From NCBI GenBank assembly GCA_017499595.2, contig CM039008.1, positions 2,790,001-2,854,000 on the forward strand: a stretch of 64,000 nt of DNA, read 5' to 3'. The DNA is from Psilocybe cubensis. Lineage: Eukaryota. A program made the position numbers and the translations under genes. The notes under the pieces were generated by a model. It did not search any database and had not been told where the DNA came from. It worked only from the letters and a program-made list of their open reading frames with translations. Positions 11,999 to 24,130 of this stretch are shown piece by piece; within the stretch, counting starts at the first letter, position 1; each line of letters opens with the position of its first letter.

Positions 11999-13342
11999 TT
12001 TTCCTTATGATATTTTGAACATTTATTTCCGCCTTTCTATGGAATATTCTGCATCATATATATATACAAATAAATATGCACTGTTATTGTCATTCCCGTC
12101 TTTCCGTGCGGAGCACGGGTACACTGCTAGTCTAATTTTCAAAGTGAAATCTGAAATATTTTTATACAAATCTGTTAAGATAGTTCTATTTTGACCACTT
12201 ATGAATTATTCAATCATGCTGCTCTTCAAGCTTCAAGCCTCAAATTTCAAGTGTCAACTGACATCCCACTGATCAGGCCTTCAAGCGGCGGGGGCATCCA
12301 CTCGGGCTACAATCAAAGTAGTTCGCCCAGAATCTCGCCCCACTCAGCGAAGACCTACCGAAGGTTATGTAATGTATTTCACAGACATCACGTGTAGTCC
12401 TATAACCAACTACGGCTCGCTCGCCTTGCGCAGTCCTTGCGCTCGTCCACGGTACACCCTCTACTGTACATGTTTTGTCTCAACCAACCTGCGTCAGTAT
12501 CTCTATGCGTACCTGTGATTCACTAAAAGCCTACGCATTTCTATCTCTTGGTTCCATCTCCTCCTTCCCTCACTCCCCGCAGTCACGCATAGTATGGAAC
12601 TCGACAGTCCTCTCCCATCGCTTCCTTCTATTTCATGTTACTGGATTCTAAGCTGAAACGTGCCGCTTCTGTTTTCTCTGTGCCATGGCGTGGGCGTCAG
12701 AGAGCTCACCACTCACCAGGTTTCAATATAAATACCCCGACCGTCTCACGCAGCTTGCCAGTGCTCAGTCAGAATATTGGGTGAACGGTCTGTTTTCTAG
12801 TTTTTTTTACTCTTCGGGTCCCATATCGGAGGTGGGAGAAACTCATATCTATTCTCTCATGAATAAAAGGGTTCATGACAACATCAAAGGTGAGTCCCTG
12901 CATGGCAGCAACACGGGAACATTCTCAAGATGGGTATTGCTAGGGTGGAGCTAAGGTGATATCATGGCAAGATGACGATGCATTGAACGACCAGACCTTG
13001 TCTCCTCATAGATTTCCTTGTTCCTCCCGTCAGGATCAAACAAAACCCAGGGTAGTAGGCTACGGAGAATCACACAAACCGTATAGATTATTCTGATTCG
13101 GATTCTCATTTATCTCAGTGCAGTCGACGTGTGTCAATGCATAGTAGGTGGCGTGTAGAGTTGGAATATTTTATGAATCATTTTCCTCTACTGGTCGTTC
13201 ACATCGGTAACGATGCCCTCCGATGCTTCTACCAATCAGCCAGCATGACAAGTTTCCTTATGTAACTGACATGTTCAAATATAACAAACACATATATAAA
13301 CCGCACTTTGCCATTATCGTTCTTTCCCACTCACGAACAACG

Positions 13343-16228
13343 ATGAAGAATCCTCAACTCGTATCGTCCGTTGTGTTTGCAGTTATTGGATGGCTGGTCT
13401 ACAAGCTCATCAATATTGGTCGACGAGACAAGACCCTTCCACCTGGGCCACCGACAGCGCCTTTGGTGGGAAATGCTCATTTGCTTCCGTCGAAGTTTGC
13501 GTTTTTAAAGTATGTCTTTATTGCTGATATCCGTTTTGCGCACTAATGACCTTTTTCGCAAGATTCTCTGAGTGGGGAAGGCAATATGGTGGCATCTTTT
13601 CGGTACATGCACTATATCTACACAATTCTTGATAAGGCTCACCTTACTACTGCAGATTAAACTGGCAAATGCAACGATGATCGTGGTCTCCGACATGAAA
13701 GTGGTGAAAGAGCTTCTTGACGACCGCAGCAGTGAAACGTCTTCGCGTCCATTTTCTTTTGCTGTTCATTCCATCTCCAAAGGATATTTTGCATTAACAT
13801 CCTCAGGTAAGTATCAATCAAAAAAGCCATTGGGCTTTGCTTAATCGTATCAATATTACATATAACCCTTTGATTTTAGATAATCCGTTGTGGAAGGCGA
13901 GTCGCAAATCCATTCAACCTTTTCTAAGCGCAGGAGCCATTCAATCGCATGTCTCCATCTCTGACAAGGAAACTACCCAACTTTTATATGACATCCTGAA
14001 CACTCCCGAAGTAAGTCCTCTGTTCAAACGTGATGATACACGATTGACCCATGTAATAACTTGCAGAGTTTATGTGCCCACGTTTTTCGATGCACCTTTT
14101 CCTCTGCCGCCTCTCTGGCTTTTGGACGACGCGTTCTCCGTCATGATAGCTCAGAAGCTATACTCTTCGAACAGTATCTCCGCAATTTTGTCAAGACGGT
14201 TTCTCCTGAGTCTGCCCCCGTTGACCTGATACCCATCCTCAGATACATCCCAGAATCAATAGCTCCATGGGGAAAGGTCTGGCGTGAGACTCGCCAACAA
14301 CAACAGTCGATATACTATTTTTTCTTCGAGCACACTTTGCGTGAGGTCAACGCAGGAAATAAGAAGGGTACTATTATCGAAGCAATAGTAAAAAACCAAG
14401 AGGAGTTAGGCTTAACTCAGGATGCAATCGCGTATGTAGGAATTTTACATCATATGGCTTTCATGCTGATACGATCTCTCCAGATATATAGGAGGAATGT
14501 TACTCGACGCTGGGTCAGAGACGTCGGCCACAACAATACAATCGCTGATTTTGTCTCTCCTAAAATTTCCCGCGTGCTTGAAAAAGGCACAAGAGGAGAT
14601 TGATGAGCTCATCGGTGACAGCAGGTTGCCTATTTCAACTGACATCGATGAGTTACCTTATGTTCAAGCTGTTATAAAAGAGGTAATATATTCCTCTTCA
14701 CATCATACACCGTAAATTGACACATCTTATCAGGGTCACCGCCTGAGACCTGCTGTGCCATGTGGGATTCCGCACGCTGCTCTCAACGATTGTCATGTAA
14801 GCCACTGTTTCTCAACTCGCGATTTTATTCAATAATATTTGAGTCTAGTACCGAGGTTACACGATACCAAAAGGATCACCAATACTCATTAACATTTGTG
14901 AGTCACAGGATATATGATGTAGATGAAGAACATTATTCAATTTTCTCGATAGGGGGGATACTTCACGATCCTGGTGAATCATGTATTGTTTTCCTGGTCA
15001 TTGGCATTTTACGAATAGGTTCTCACACTGCGGGCGCCGACCGCTGTAAGTTAAACATACAGCAGAAAACTTACATGTCTTATGTAAGTTTCGCTGTAAG
15101 TTCGACATACAGCACATGTGTATGAAAAACAAACACTCGGCAAAGACATATTGTGTTTGGTGGCTGTATGCCGACCAAACACAATTGCTGTAAGTAGACT
15201 GTAAATAGAATAAACATCTGAATTACACAAATTCTGTTTGTCCGGTGTTAGTAAAACATACACATTTTCTTTAAGTAATACAAACAGCACTTACTGTAAG
15301 TAAAAATTACACACAAAGAACATAATTTGTGTATGTTATACTTACACAAGTTTTTCAATTCATTTAATGGTGTAAGTCTGACATACACAAATTGTGTTCT
15401 TCATGTGTAATTTTTACTTACAGAAAGTGCTGTTTGTATGACTTACAGAAAATGTGTACGTTTTACTAACACCGGACAAAGACAATTTGTGTAATTTAGG
15501 TGTTTATTCTACTTAAAGGTTACTTACAGTAATTGTGTTTGGTTGGCATATAGCCACCAAACACAATATGTCTTTGTCAAATGTTTGTTTTCCTGACACA
15601 TGTGCTGTAAGTTGAACATACACCTAAACTTACATAAGACATGTAAGTTTACTGCTGTATGTTTAACTTACAGCGGTCGGCGCCCGCAGTGTCAGAGCTT
15701 TTTGACCGTCCCGATGAATTTCGGCCTGAACGGTACCTTGAAACACCTGATGGAACAATTCCGGGTCTGAAAAAAGACTTCAATATACGGCTGAATCTAC
15801 CCTTTGGCAGTGGAAAGGTAGGCACCCAAGAATATCCTAATATATCTTCCACAATGCGCTACTTATTCACTACAGAGGCTATGTCCCGGTATGAATTTCT
15901 CGAACATTTTCTTAGTATGTCGCTTCTGTTATATATACAGTTTTTGGTACTAAATACGGATTGGTATTATAGAATCTTGCGGTTATGCGCCTGCTTTGGG
16001 CATTTGATTTTACGCCATACGATGACTTGACTACAAACCACGACACATGGGATATAGAAAAGGAGTACTCAGAGGTAATAATCATCATATTGTCATGTTA
16101 TACCAACGTTTAAAGTTTAACCTGTGTCCTAGGGAATTACATTAACACCTAAGAATTTGAGGTGCAAAATTACCCCGCGAAACGAGAAGAGGGCCAGAAT
16201 TATCCAGAACAGTTATAAAGAGGCTTGA
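13343..16228 (+). CDS. Cytochrome P450 (CYP64-like fungal group), copy 1; reading frame intact if the MITE-bearing intron is spliced
   Basis: TM anchor plus LPPGPP, I-helix DAGSETS, ExxR (KEGHR), PERY, heme motif FGSGKRLCPG. Exons join in frame to TGA 16226-16228. Confidence 0.9.
15026..15691. mobile_element. CACTG-ended foldback MITE inside a P450 intron
   Basis: CACTGCGGGCGCCGACCGCTGTAAGTTAAACATAC...GTATGTTTAACTTACAGCGGTCGGCGCCCGCAGTG. Imperfect ~320-bp arms. 3-bp TSD TCA. Confidence 0.93.
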
Positions 16229-16461
16229 TCCCACATAATCAATGTTTCAAGGCGCTAGATCGCTAGATTAATGCGATTGGTTTAGTGACTTGGTTTTACA
16301 GCGGCGGATATCTTCCCGTTGTTGAACCTCCGATCTACCAGCAACCCTCACCAAGTCAATTGCGATGTGACGATAGAACATATTCGACAAATTGTGATCA
16401 AATTTATTCAAGGGGATTACTAAAATTAAAACGCTACAACAAACTAACAATGTATGAATCT

Positions 16462-19400
16462 TTAAGCTCCCTTTGCAAACCCTTTGGCACCCCGATTCTC
16501 AACGCCTGGTAATTTGAATTTCTTTGTGGGGCCGACGTCGAGTTTCTCAAAGCTGTTAATGTCGACAAGGTTGTTGATCGTGGTTTGAATCGGAAGTAAG
16601 GTCTCCAACATGGCACTGTAGCCGTGAACGGCGACCTGGTCTGGAGTCTCCTTTGTTACCGAGACGTATGCGTTGATGGCCGCAGCCATTTCGTCCTGAA
16701 CTTGCTTGAGCTCGGAAATTCCTTGTTTAAATTCGTAGTAACCAAAGCACGGAGCCGCTCTTTCGGTATTGCTGATAGGCTGTGATACAAGGAACTTTGC
16801 GAGAGGAGCCAATACACCCATCATAATACCATACATATTCTTGAGAACCAGGTTCTGACGGTTGCTGTATTTCTCGACATGCCAGAGCGTTTCGATAGTA
16901 CGAAGGAGGAAGCAGTATGCAGCGTCAAACGTCAACGAGACCTGACAAAATGAAAATGATGTCAGCGATGTGGTACGTGGATATTGAGGCTGAAAAGTAC
17001 CTGGTAGAGTCTGCGATCAATTTTGAAGTAGTCTGGAGTAACAGGATTCTCGACGACAGGGTAAACCTCCCATTGAGCAGGCCCGAATCGCAAATCCATA
17101 AAGACGTCGTAGTGGTCTTTCTCAAGCTTGTCTGGATCGTCATAGGGACCCGGGGAACCCTCTCCTTGCACAACAATTATGCTGAGAGCTTCCAATGCAG
17201 TATCAAGATCCGTCACAACGACCGAGCCGCCTGCATCGCGCTCTTTGGCTTGATATCCAAGGCCCGGGGCAAACTGGAATGCGGCGGTCTCAGGGTAGAA
17301 TAGCTTATGGTTCTGACTACTCAAATACTTCAACCCTATTTAATGTTAAAGAATTGACGTCAAGCAGGATTACACGATGCATAGTTTATGACAACACACC
17401 TATTTTAATGGCATCATAGAATTGACCGAGTGTCTCGTACTCGTCCGATTCCGGTGGGGTATCAGTTTTCTCTCGTTTTTCCACCTATCGGTTATAATAA
17501 TAAGGTACTAAGAACACATTATTACTAATTATAAACTCACATCGATGAAAGTCTGGATGTTAGCCTTAGATGCCTTACGGAGCTGGAGCCATAATTTTGG
17601 AACGCGGCCAGGCATGAACGTGGGATAGGAGGGTATATATCGTGGGTCGTAAAGCTTTGGATTGCCTCCAACGGCTAGAAGAACATTTCCAGCCAGGCTT
17701 AAATGAAGCATTTCCTCAGCAACAACGCCTAGATAAACATGATTGATCAGTATTGTTTATGCACGATCGATGTATTATTTTACCTCGAATAGCACCGATA
17801 ACAGGGTCGTAGTAGCGAGGATCATTCGCGTACTCATCAGGAATCTTAACGCTGTACATTCCAAATAGATAAAGGGGAATAGTGGCCAGCTCAATGGCCA
17901 TAGCTGTCTGCAGATGGGTACGGAGGCTTTCGATGGTCGTGATGGGTTGGTTTTTACTGTCAGGCTGTGGAAGTTTCAATGGGCCTCCAACGATACCACT
18001 CTTTGCAGGAGTGTGTTGCGCAGGTAACGTTTCTTTTCCCGGCCGATGAATTATGCCGCGCTGAGTTTCAACGAATATGGGTTCAGGGCCGAATGATGGA
18101 CGCTGGACAATGAAACCAAGCTTGTGCCAGTTTTTAGCCATATCAGTATTGGCAAAAAGAGGTTGGTCTGAATAGACGTCTAGAAGATGGGTTACTTGAG
18201 TTAACGATAATATGTGGTGAAAAATAAAGGATATTACCCGTGTAGTTTTGATGAAGACCACGCTCCCAGGGTTTCCTGTCGTTTAATTTCTTTGCGATAT
18301 TGGCTGGGGTCACCGACTGGGAAACTATGTTGTAATCTTCTTCAGTAACGACAGTATCCGGTCGAGCAGATGGCCACCTAATAAAATATGAGTTTATCAA
18401 AGGGCGGTAAAGGGAGAGGAAGAAACGCACCAATAAGATCGACACATGTAGAAGTCACTCTGCCACGGTAAGGAAAGAAAACGAGTCAGATCCCCTGCAT
18501 TAACTTCTGGCTTAATAGTAAACGGTGTGTTAAAGTCATAAATCTTGTCGTCCTCCGCATTCCAGGACATTTCTATACCAGGATACAAAGGAGCGCCAAT
18601 AGTAGCCTCCAAAGCAGCCTTCGTGAGCGCTGAAGGTTGCTCCTCGACGGGAATATCATCGAAATTCTGATACGTTTTAACAGCGGTCGTATCGAAGCTC
18701 CCTTCACTCCATTGTATCAAGCGATCATATTGCAACTCGGTAACGGATGCGAACGTGGAGGGATCACCAGCAGTTGTTCGACCTATATGTGATCATTTTG
18801 TTATTACAACGTCGACATGAGCTGATATATAACATTACCTCCATCACCCGAAAGCCATGGCATAAAGTATGGGTATGCCTGCCCTGCGCGGGCTGAGTCG
18901 TACTTCTTGTTGGTCTCAGGAAGTCGCATCCGCATAATTACACCTTTGCGAATAGCTTCATTTACTTTGCTCTTGTCAGAGAGGGAATGTTGCCATCCTT
19001 CATCGAAGAAATTCCCTGCAGAATTCGGGCCTGACAAATATGGAATAAGTCCAATGGGAGCGAAAGATTTCTTTGATATAATGCGCACCGTGCCCGCCAT
19101 TTGCTTGTCCGTTTACCCAGGAGAGAAGAGGTGGTCGTTGGAGAAGGGGCCATATGTGTTTGTACCAACTTACATCCCCAACGTTATAAGAGTCACCTTG
19201 AGCAGCGCGTTTCTTGCGCTCGTACACTTCTTCCATCAAATCATAAAGAGATGTTGGTGCATATATGCCGTTTGCAAACTTTGGGGTTGTGCCGATGACG
19301 CGAGCCTTCCCTTGAGCATCGACCCTTTTGAAAATACTGAGAATAATTCAAACTGCGAAACGATATAACTTACGACTTTCCCGACGCCGTGGATGTTATA

Positions 19401-20219
19401 GTTGCTGTAATCCAGCCATCGCATGTGTCGTCGATCCAGTCAGGTGAGTCGAAATCAGTCATGATATATGGGTAAGGATCGTCTTCCTTAGCGATAGACT
19501 TGGATAGACCGCGGCCAGCAAGGACGACAAGACGGCCCTGATCATCTGTTCTGGCCTCTCCAAGGTAGACATCTGTGGGCTCGGTTTTGGACCCGTAGAA
19601 CTTTCCCGCTAATGGGACAGATTTGGCGTTACAGCCACTAACACTTTGGATGCCACTGTCGACAATCAGTTTATCACGCTGGTCTGGGGGAAGCTAGCAA
19701 CATCGAAAACTAAGCAGACGAACATAAAGAATGCTCTTCAAACCTACGTCTGCTTGAACACTCGGGTTGCGCAGGGTTGTATAGCCTGGCTTAAAGTGAC
19801 CATCCTGGGTCTTTCCTGGATGTTGATATTAGAAAGTGAATAAAGAAGATGAAATAACTTGGCATAATACCCATGAATGTGTACCAAGACGCCTTTTTGT
19901 TCATCACTTGGATCTTCCATGCTATATCCCAACCGCTCTTTTTATTTATTTCCAGCACTTTACCATCATTTGCGACCGCGTAAATTCTGAACCTTGCAGC
20001 CTAGTAAACGTATGAGTGCCTGAAACATGATATAATTTGAAGAATTACCTGTCGTTTTACCGCACCGTTGATGTCTTTGAATCCATTGTTAGGTTCTGGA
20101 AAATACCCAGGAACCTCGGGCCCATAGAACCAACCGTCATCGAGGGTTGAGTTCCCGACACGAGCAAATCCGATAGGAGGATAGATTCGTAGACTTGCCC
20201 AGCCAGATGGAAGAGCCAT
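16462..20219 (-). CDS. LodA/GoxA-family CTQ-dependent amino-acid oxidase fused to a C-terminal VioB/RebD-type ferritin-like domain (~1050 aa, ~12 introns)
   Basis: LodA motifs IYPPIGFARVGNS, KRQAARFRIY, WKIQVMNKKASWY, LRNP, LGEARTDDQGRLVVLAGRG, WIDDTCDG, MPWLSGD, PLYPGIEMSW, GDLTRFLSLPWQSDFYMCRSYWWPSARPD, NWHKLGFIV. Ferritin-like motifs LQTAMAIELATIPLYL, VAEEMLHLSLAGNVLLAVGG, TLGQFY, IIVVQGEGS, EKDHY. Exons join in frame, and the domain junction lies within one exon (ORF 17716-18261). Confidence 0.9.
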
Positions 20220-21074
20220 AGGTTGACGTTTAAATTTTGCTTAGAGTGGTTAAATTACAGGGCGATTTTGAAAGATAAGACCGTAACGTTAACCCTGACG
20301 CACGGCTGTCTTGGCAGAATGGTGAGGTGTAGAACGACAAGTAAAATGAAACACCAGCATATTTGGCCAAGTTTTGCACGAGAAATATACTCTCCGAATT
20401 CTCACGTTAATTTTATCAACCAATGGGACGACGCCGCTGTATAGTCATCGGACGGTGTCTGATTATCGTCAAATAGCTTCCTGTTACCATTAGGCTGCAG
20501 GATGATGATCTCCTAAAATCTTGAAATTAAACTTTGCTTTTAATCGCTATATAATGGGAATTTTTACATGGGACCCGAGTGCTGTTTTCAGTCCTATCTT
20601 CCGCATTCAGTCGCAATGACGTACGTTCTATAAATAGCACCACCCCCGGTGTGTGTTCCGCTGCCTCTGGGTGTGCACCCGCACTAGCGAGGGTGTGTGT
20701 AAAGTCAGTATTCCGTACGCCAGCGGTATATCCGTTACGATACGGGGTAAATTACCACCAATTCTTAATGCATGAAAGTTGATCGACGCTCAGAATACGT
20801 CATATGTCTACGAACACGAAGGTGCTATAATAACCGCTTAAGCGGAGAATTCTCCAAGTTGATTGGGAGGCGCTTTATTGAGGCCCCGGATACAGCGCCT
20901 TAGTATCCGCATCCGATGTAGCACAACAAATTTGTAGAATTTCGGTACCATTGTGTCAAGTCCAACTTTGAATTCCTAAAGATATAAAAGCAGACGACAT
21001 TCAACTTATATTTCATCAACTTGCACCTCATCATCAGCTACTTGAATAACCCACTTAAACCTCTACTTCTAACA
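20220..21074. promoter_or_regulatory. Divergent (possibly shared) promoter region between the oxidase fusion and OYE
   Basis: Head-to-head ATGs separated by 855 bp. TATAAAA at 20983-20989 upstream of the OYE. Confidence 0.5.
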
Positions 21075-22410
21075 ATGTCGAACTCGAAGCTCTTTCAACC
21101 AATTACCGTGGGAAACGCGAAACTTGAGCATAGAGTTGTACTTGCACCGCTCTCTCGCTTCCGTTGGACCCAGCGAGAACATTTACCTGTCTTCCCTATC
21201 GTCAATACATACTATGAGCAGCGTTCCCGCCGACCTGGTACCCTCTTGATCACGGAGGCAACACCTGTTGCACGTCACGCTGGAGGATATTATAACGTCC
21301 CTGGGATATGGAACCAGGATCAGATCAACGGTTGGAAATCGGTTCGTCTCTCACCATTCCATGCTTTTTAAACATTCTTAAAAGACTCATGTGTGACTGA
21401 GCAGATAACCGACACAGTCCACAAAAACGGATCGTTTATCTTTATGCAGATATGGGCTCATGGACGCGCGGCGGACCCCAAGGTGTTGGCGGAAGATGGT
21501 TTTGACTTCGTAGCGCCCTCTCCCATTCCCATCACCGGACGCGCTACTCCAAGAGAGCTGACCATACAAGAGATAGAGAAATACCCGGGACTCTTTGCGA
21601 AAGCTGCGAAGAATGCCGTTGAGGCTGGCTTTGATGGCGTAGAGATTCACAACGCCAACGGGTACCTTCTCGACCAATTTGTCCAGGACGTCAGTAATCA
21701 TCGTACGGACAAGTATGGAGGAAATATAGAAAATAGAAACAGACTTTCTCTTATGGTTGTCGACGCTGTCGTCGATGCTATTGGTCCTGAAAAGGTTGGA
21801 ATTCGCATAAGCCCTTGGATGGTTTACCAAAGTGTGTAACAATTATGATTTATCTGCATAATTCATTGCCATAATTCTGATTAAATGCTACTCATAGACA
21901 TGCATATGATAGATCCGGTGCCCCAATTCACGCATCTGGTTGAATCTATCGTCAATAAACATCCGGATATGGCTTACCTCCATGTTGTGGAACCAGACAA
22001 AGGGGCACCTGAGACGGAATCCAATGACTTTCTACGCGATATTTGGGCTCCACGACCATTTATAAGCTGTGGAGACTACACCCGCGAGACGGCTATCAAA
22101 CGTGCAGACGAGACAGGAAATTTGATTGCCTTTGGAAGGTACTTTATCTCAAATGTAAGTTGCCCTCATTACCCAGACAATATACAACAATGACTCACTG
22201 TTATTGACTCGTGTGTAGCCCGATCTTCCCACTAGGATTGAACATAACATACCTTTTAACGAATATGATCGTAAGACCTTTTATGGACCGAAAGGACACC
22301 TCCTCGGAGCGGAAGCGGGATACATAGATTACCCATTCGCAGACGAGAAGCATGAGAAAAAGAGGGGAAATAATACGGGAGAAGATTGGGATGTCATTTA
22401 TAGAGCGTAA
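21075..22410 (+). CDS. Old Yellow Enzyme (NADH:flavin oxidoreductase / ene-reductase)
   Basis: MSNSKLFQPITVG, RVVLAPLSRFR, LLITEAT, FMQIWAHGR, AGFDGVEIHNANGYLLDQF, RTDKYGG, IAFGRYFISNPDLP, GYIDYPF. Three introns; stop TAA 22408-22410. Confidence 0.93.
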
Positions 22411-24130
22411 TCCCAGCTTTTAGTTACTATTAAATGAGTCGACTCTCTACCTTATAATGAGCATAGATTTTCACATCTGAAATTGTGCACCATCTCCTGT
22501 TAAATTTTGTACCAACTCCGTTGCCGAATGCCGATTAAATCGGAGACTGAATTTCCACTGTGGGACTCTGGTTCGAAAACGTTGAACGTGCGCGGGCAAA
22601 CACCGAGCACTGGTATTCTACTTTTTACGGGTCGTATTCGTTACCGAACATGTAAATTTTGTCATCTATATCTCGTTCTCGAGAGCTGTCATCGACCAGA
22701 TGAGGCAATCCCGATCTGGAGGCCATCCTACCTCACCATCAATCGTTCGGTCGACGGTCACCCAATACACTCTCACCCCGTCCCCCGTCTAGGTATCAAG
22801 CCATATCCGCTGTTCAAAGCACCCCCTTGCATTTCGTGGCTTCCCAGTCAAGTAGGTAAATCGCTGTATACGTCACCGCCCTCCCCACTCACACACTCAA
22901 TCATGCTAGATTTGAACATCCCCCCATCACTCATCCCAACCACAGTCCTGCACACGCCCAGGAAAGGGCCTATTCAATTTGGACAAGGGACGTCTCATCT
23001 AGGAAGGTACTTCAACACTCTATCCTCTCCCATCTTTCACTCACATCCCCCCAAACTCTCACCAATACTAAAGGCCGCTGATACTGTCCTCTGTCATCGT
23101 TGCATCTATTTCTAACACGTACATTATTGGGGGGTTCAATCGTGATGGGGTACGGGGATGTTTTAAGCTAGATCGATAGTATATCCTTTGGTGTGTGGCA
23201 TTGTTACTTCTTGGACGGTTCGAACGCTGACCTGTTGCCTCGGTCCCCAGCTCACCCCCCTCATACTCTCATCACAGTGCTTATCCCCTCACCTCCACTA
23301 ACGCCACATATTCTGTATCAGACATCACATACCATTGTCACTACCATTATTGATTTCTAAATACACCATATAATCCGTCTATTCAACATCGGGATAGGTT
23401 TCATCCGAATGGTGATGCGCCACCTAAGAACGACGCATCCTCCTGATGGCCCCAGATCATCCACAAAACACTTCTCGTCAACGTCAACTCGTTCCAACTC
23501 ATCAAAGGCCCTAAGGACTTCTCAAAATATCCGTAATGGACTATATATTACTCACTATGAACCCGGACTGATTTCCTCTCCACCCAATCTCATACCAGCG
23601 AGCAAGATGACATGTTACTTCGGGAATGCAATGCAGAGAAGGTGCTTCAGCTCGATTATTTCCCCCCCCTTGATATGAAATTCATACCATTTCTAGCAAA
23701 TATGCTGTGCTTGCCGTCAGCCACTTCCGTCGGGACGGACACTCGCCCAAAGGTGTAACCCTAGTGTGGGGTTTACGAAAATCTCAACCTCGACCATCAT
23801 GAGCGGATATGTTGAAAAACACTGGAAAATGAGAACACAGAAACAGTGGTATTAACAAAAACTTGATCCCTATATCAGAGCCGCAGAATCAGCTGTCTTT
23901 CACCACAGGGGTAGGTCGACTCCTCCGTACACAGGGGTTGGAAATCAAGGGTCCCGATCAATTCACCTCCGCCATTTCAAATTCCAGATCAAGGGCTGAT
24001 TTATTAACGCGCAGATTTACATTTATCGACGCTCCGTCGTCCGCCGCTCTTCCACTCATACATATACCACCCGCGACCTACTCGCTCGATCCAACCCCAC
24101 ATCGCTCTCCCAACGCATACATACACACAA

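Larger units (their letters stand above)
5590..12130 (+). mobile_element. Helitron (Rep-helicase class, decayed)
   Basis: 5' end TCAATATAATC follows an A. 3' end has hairpin CCGTGC-GGA-GCACGG (12104-12118), then CTAG (12127-12130) followed by T. Insertion at A|T with no TSD. Removing it restores the SDR end CTT ATC TAA. Confidence 0.92.

Noticed and set aside
12215-12260. CTTCAAG repeats, with reverse-complement CTTGAAG repeats at ~48335-48365
   Set aside because: Too short and low in complexity to call a shared element.
15026-15691. Regularly recurring short motifs suggesting a CRISPR-like array
   Set aside because: Eukaryotic context; the motifs are subterminal repeats of an inverted-repeat MITE with no repeat-spacer structure.
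19925-19960. Suspected frameshift in the A-rich stretch of oxidase exon 2
   Set aside because: A recount gives an open frame (GKVLEINKKSGWDIAWKIQV), so the gene is intact here.
22507-23678. ORFs of 202 and 89 aa downstream of the OYE (checked as a possible LodB partner)
   Set aside because: No GxGxxG FAD-binding or other motif. The composition looks non-coding or like a TE remnant.
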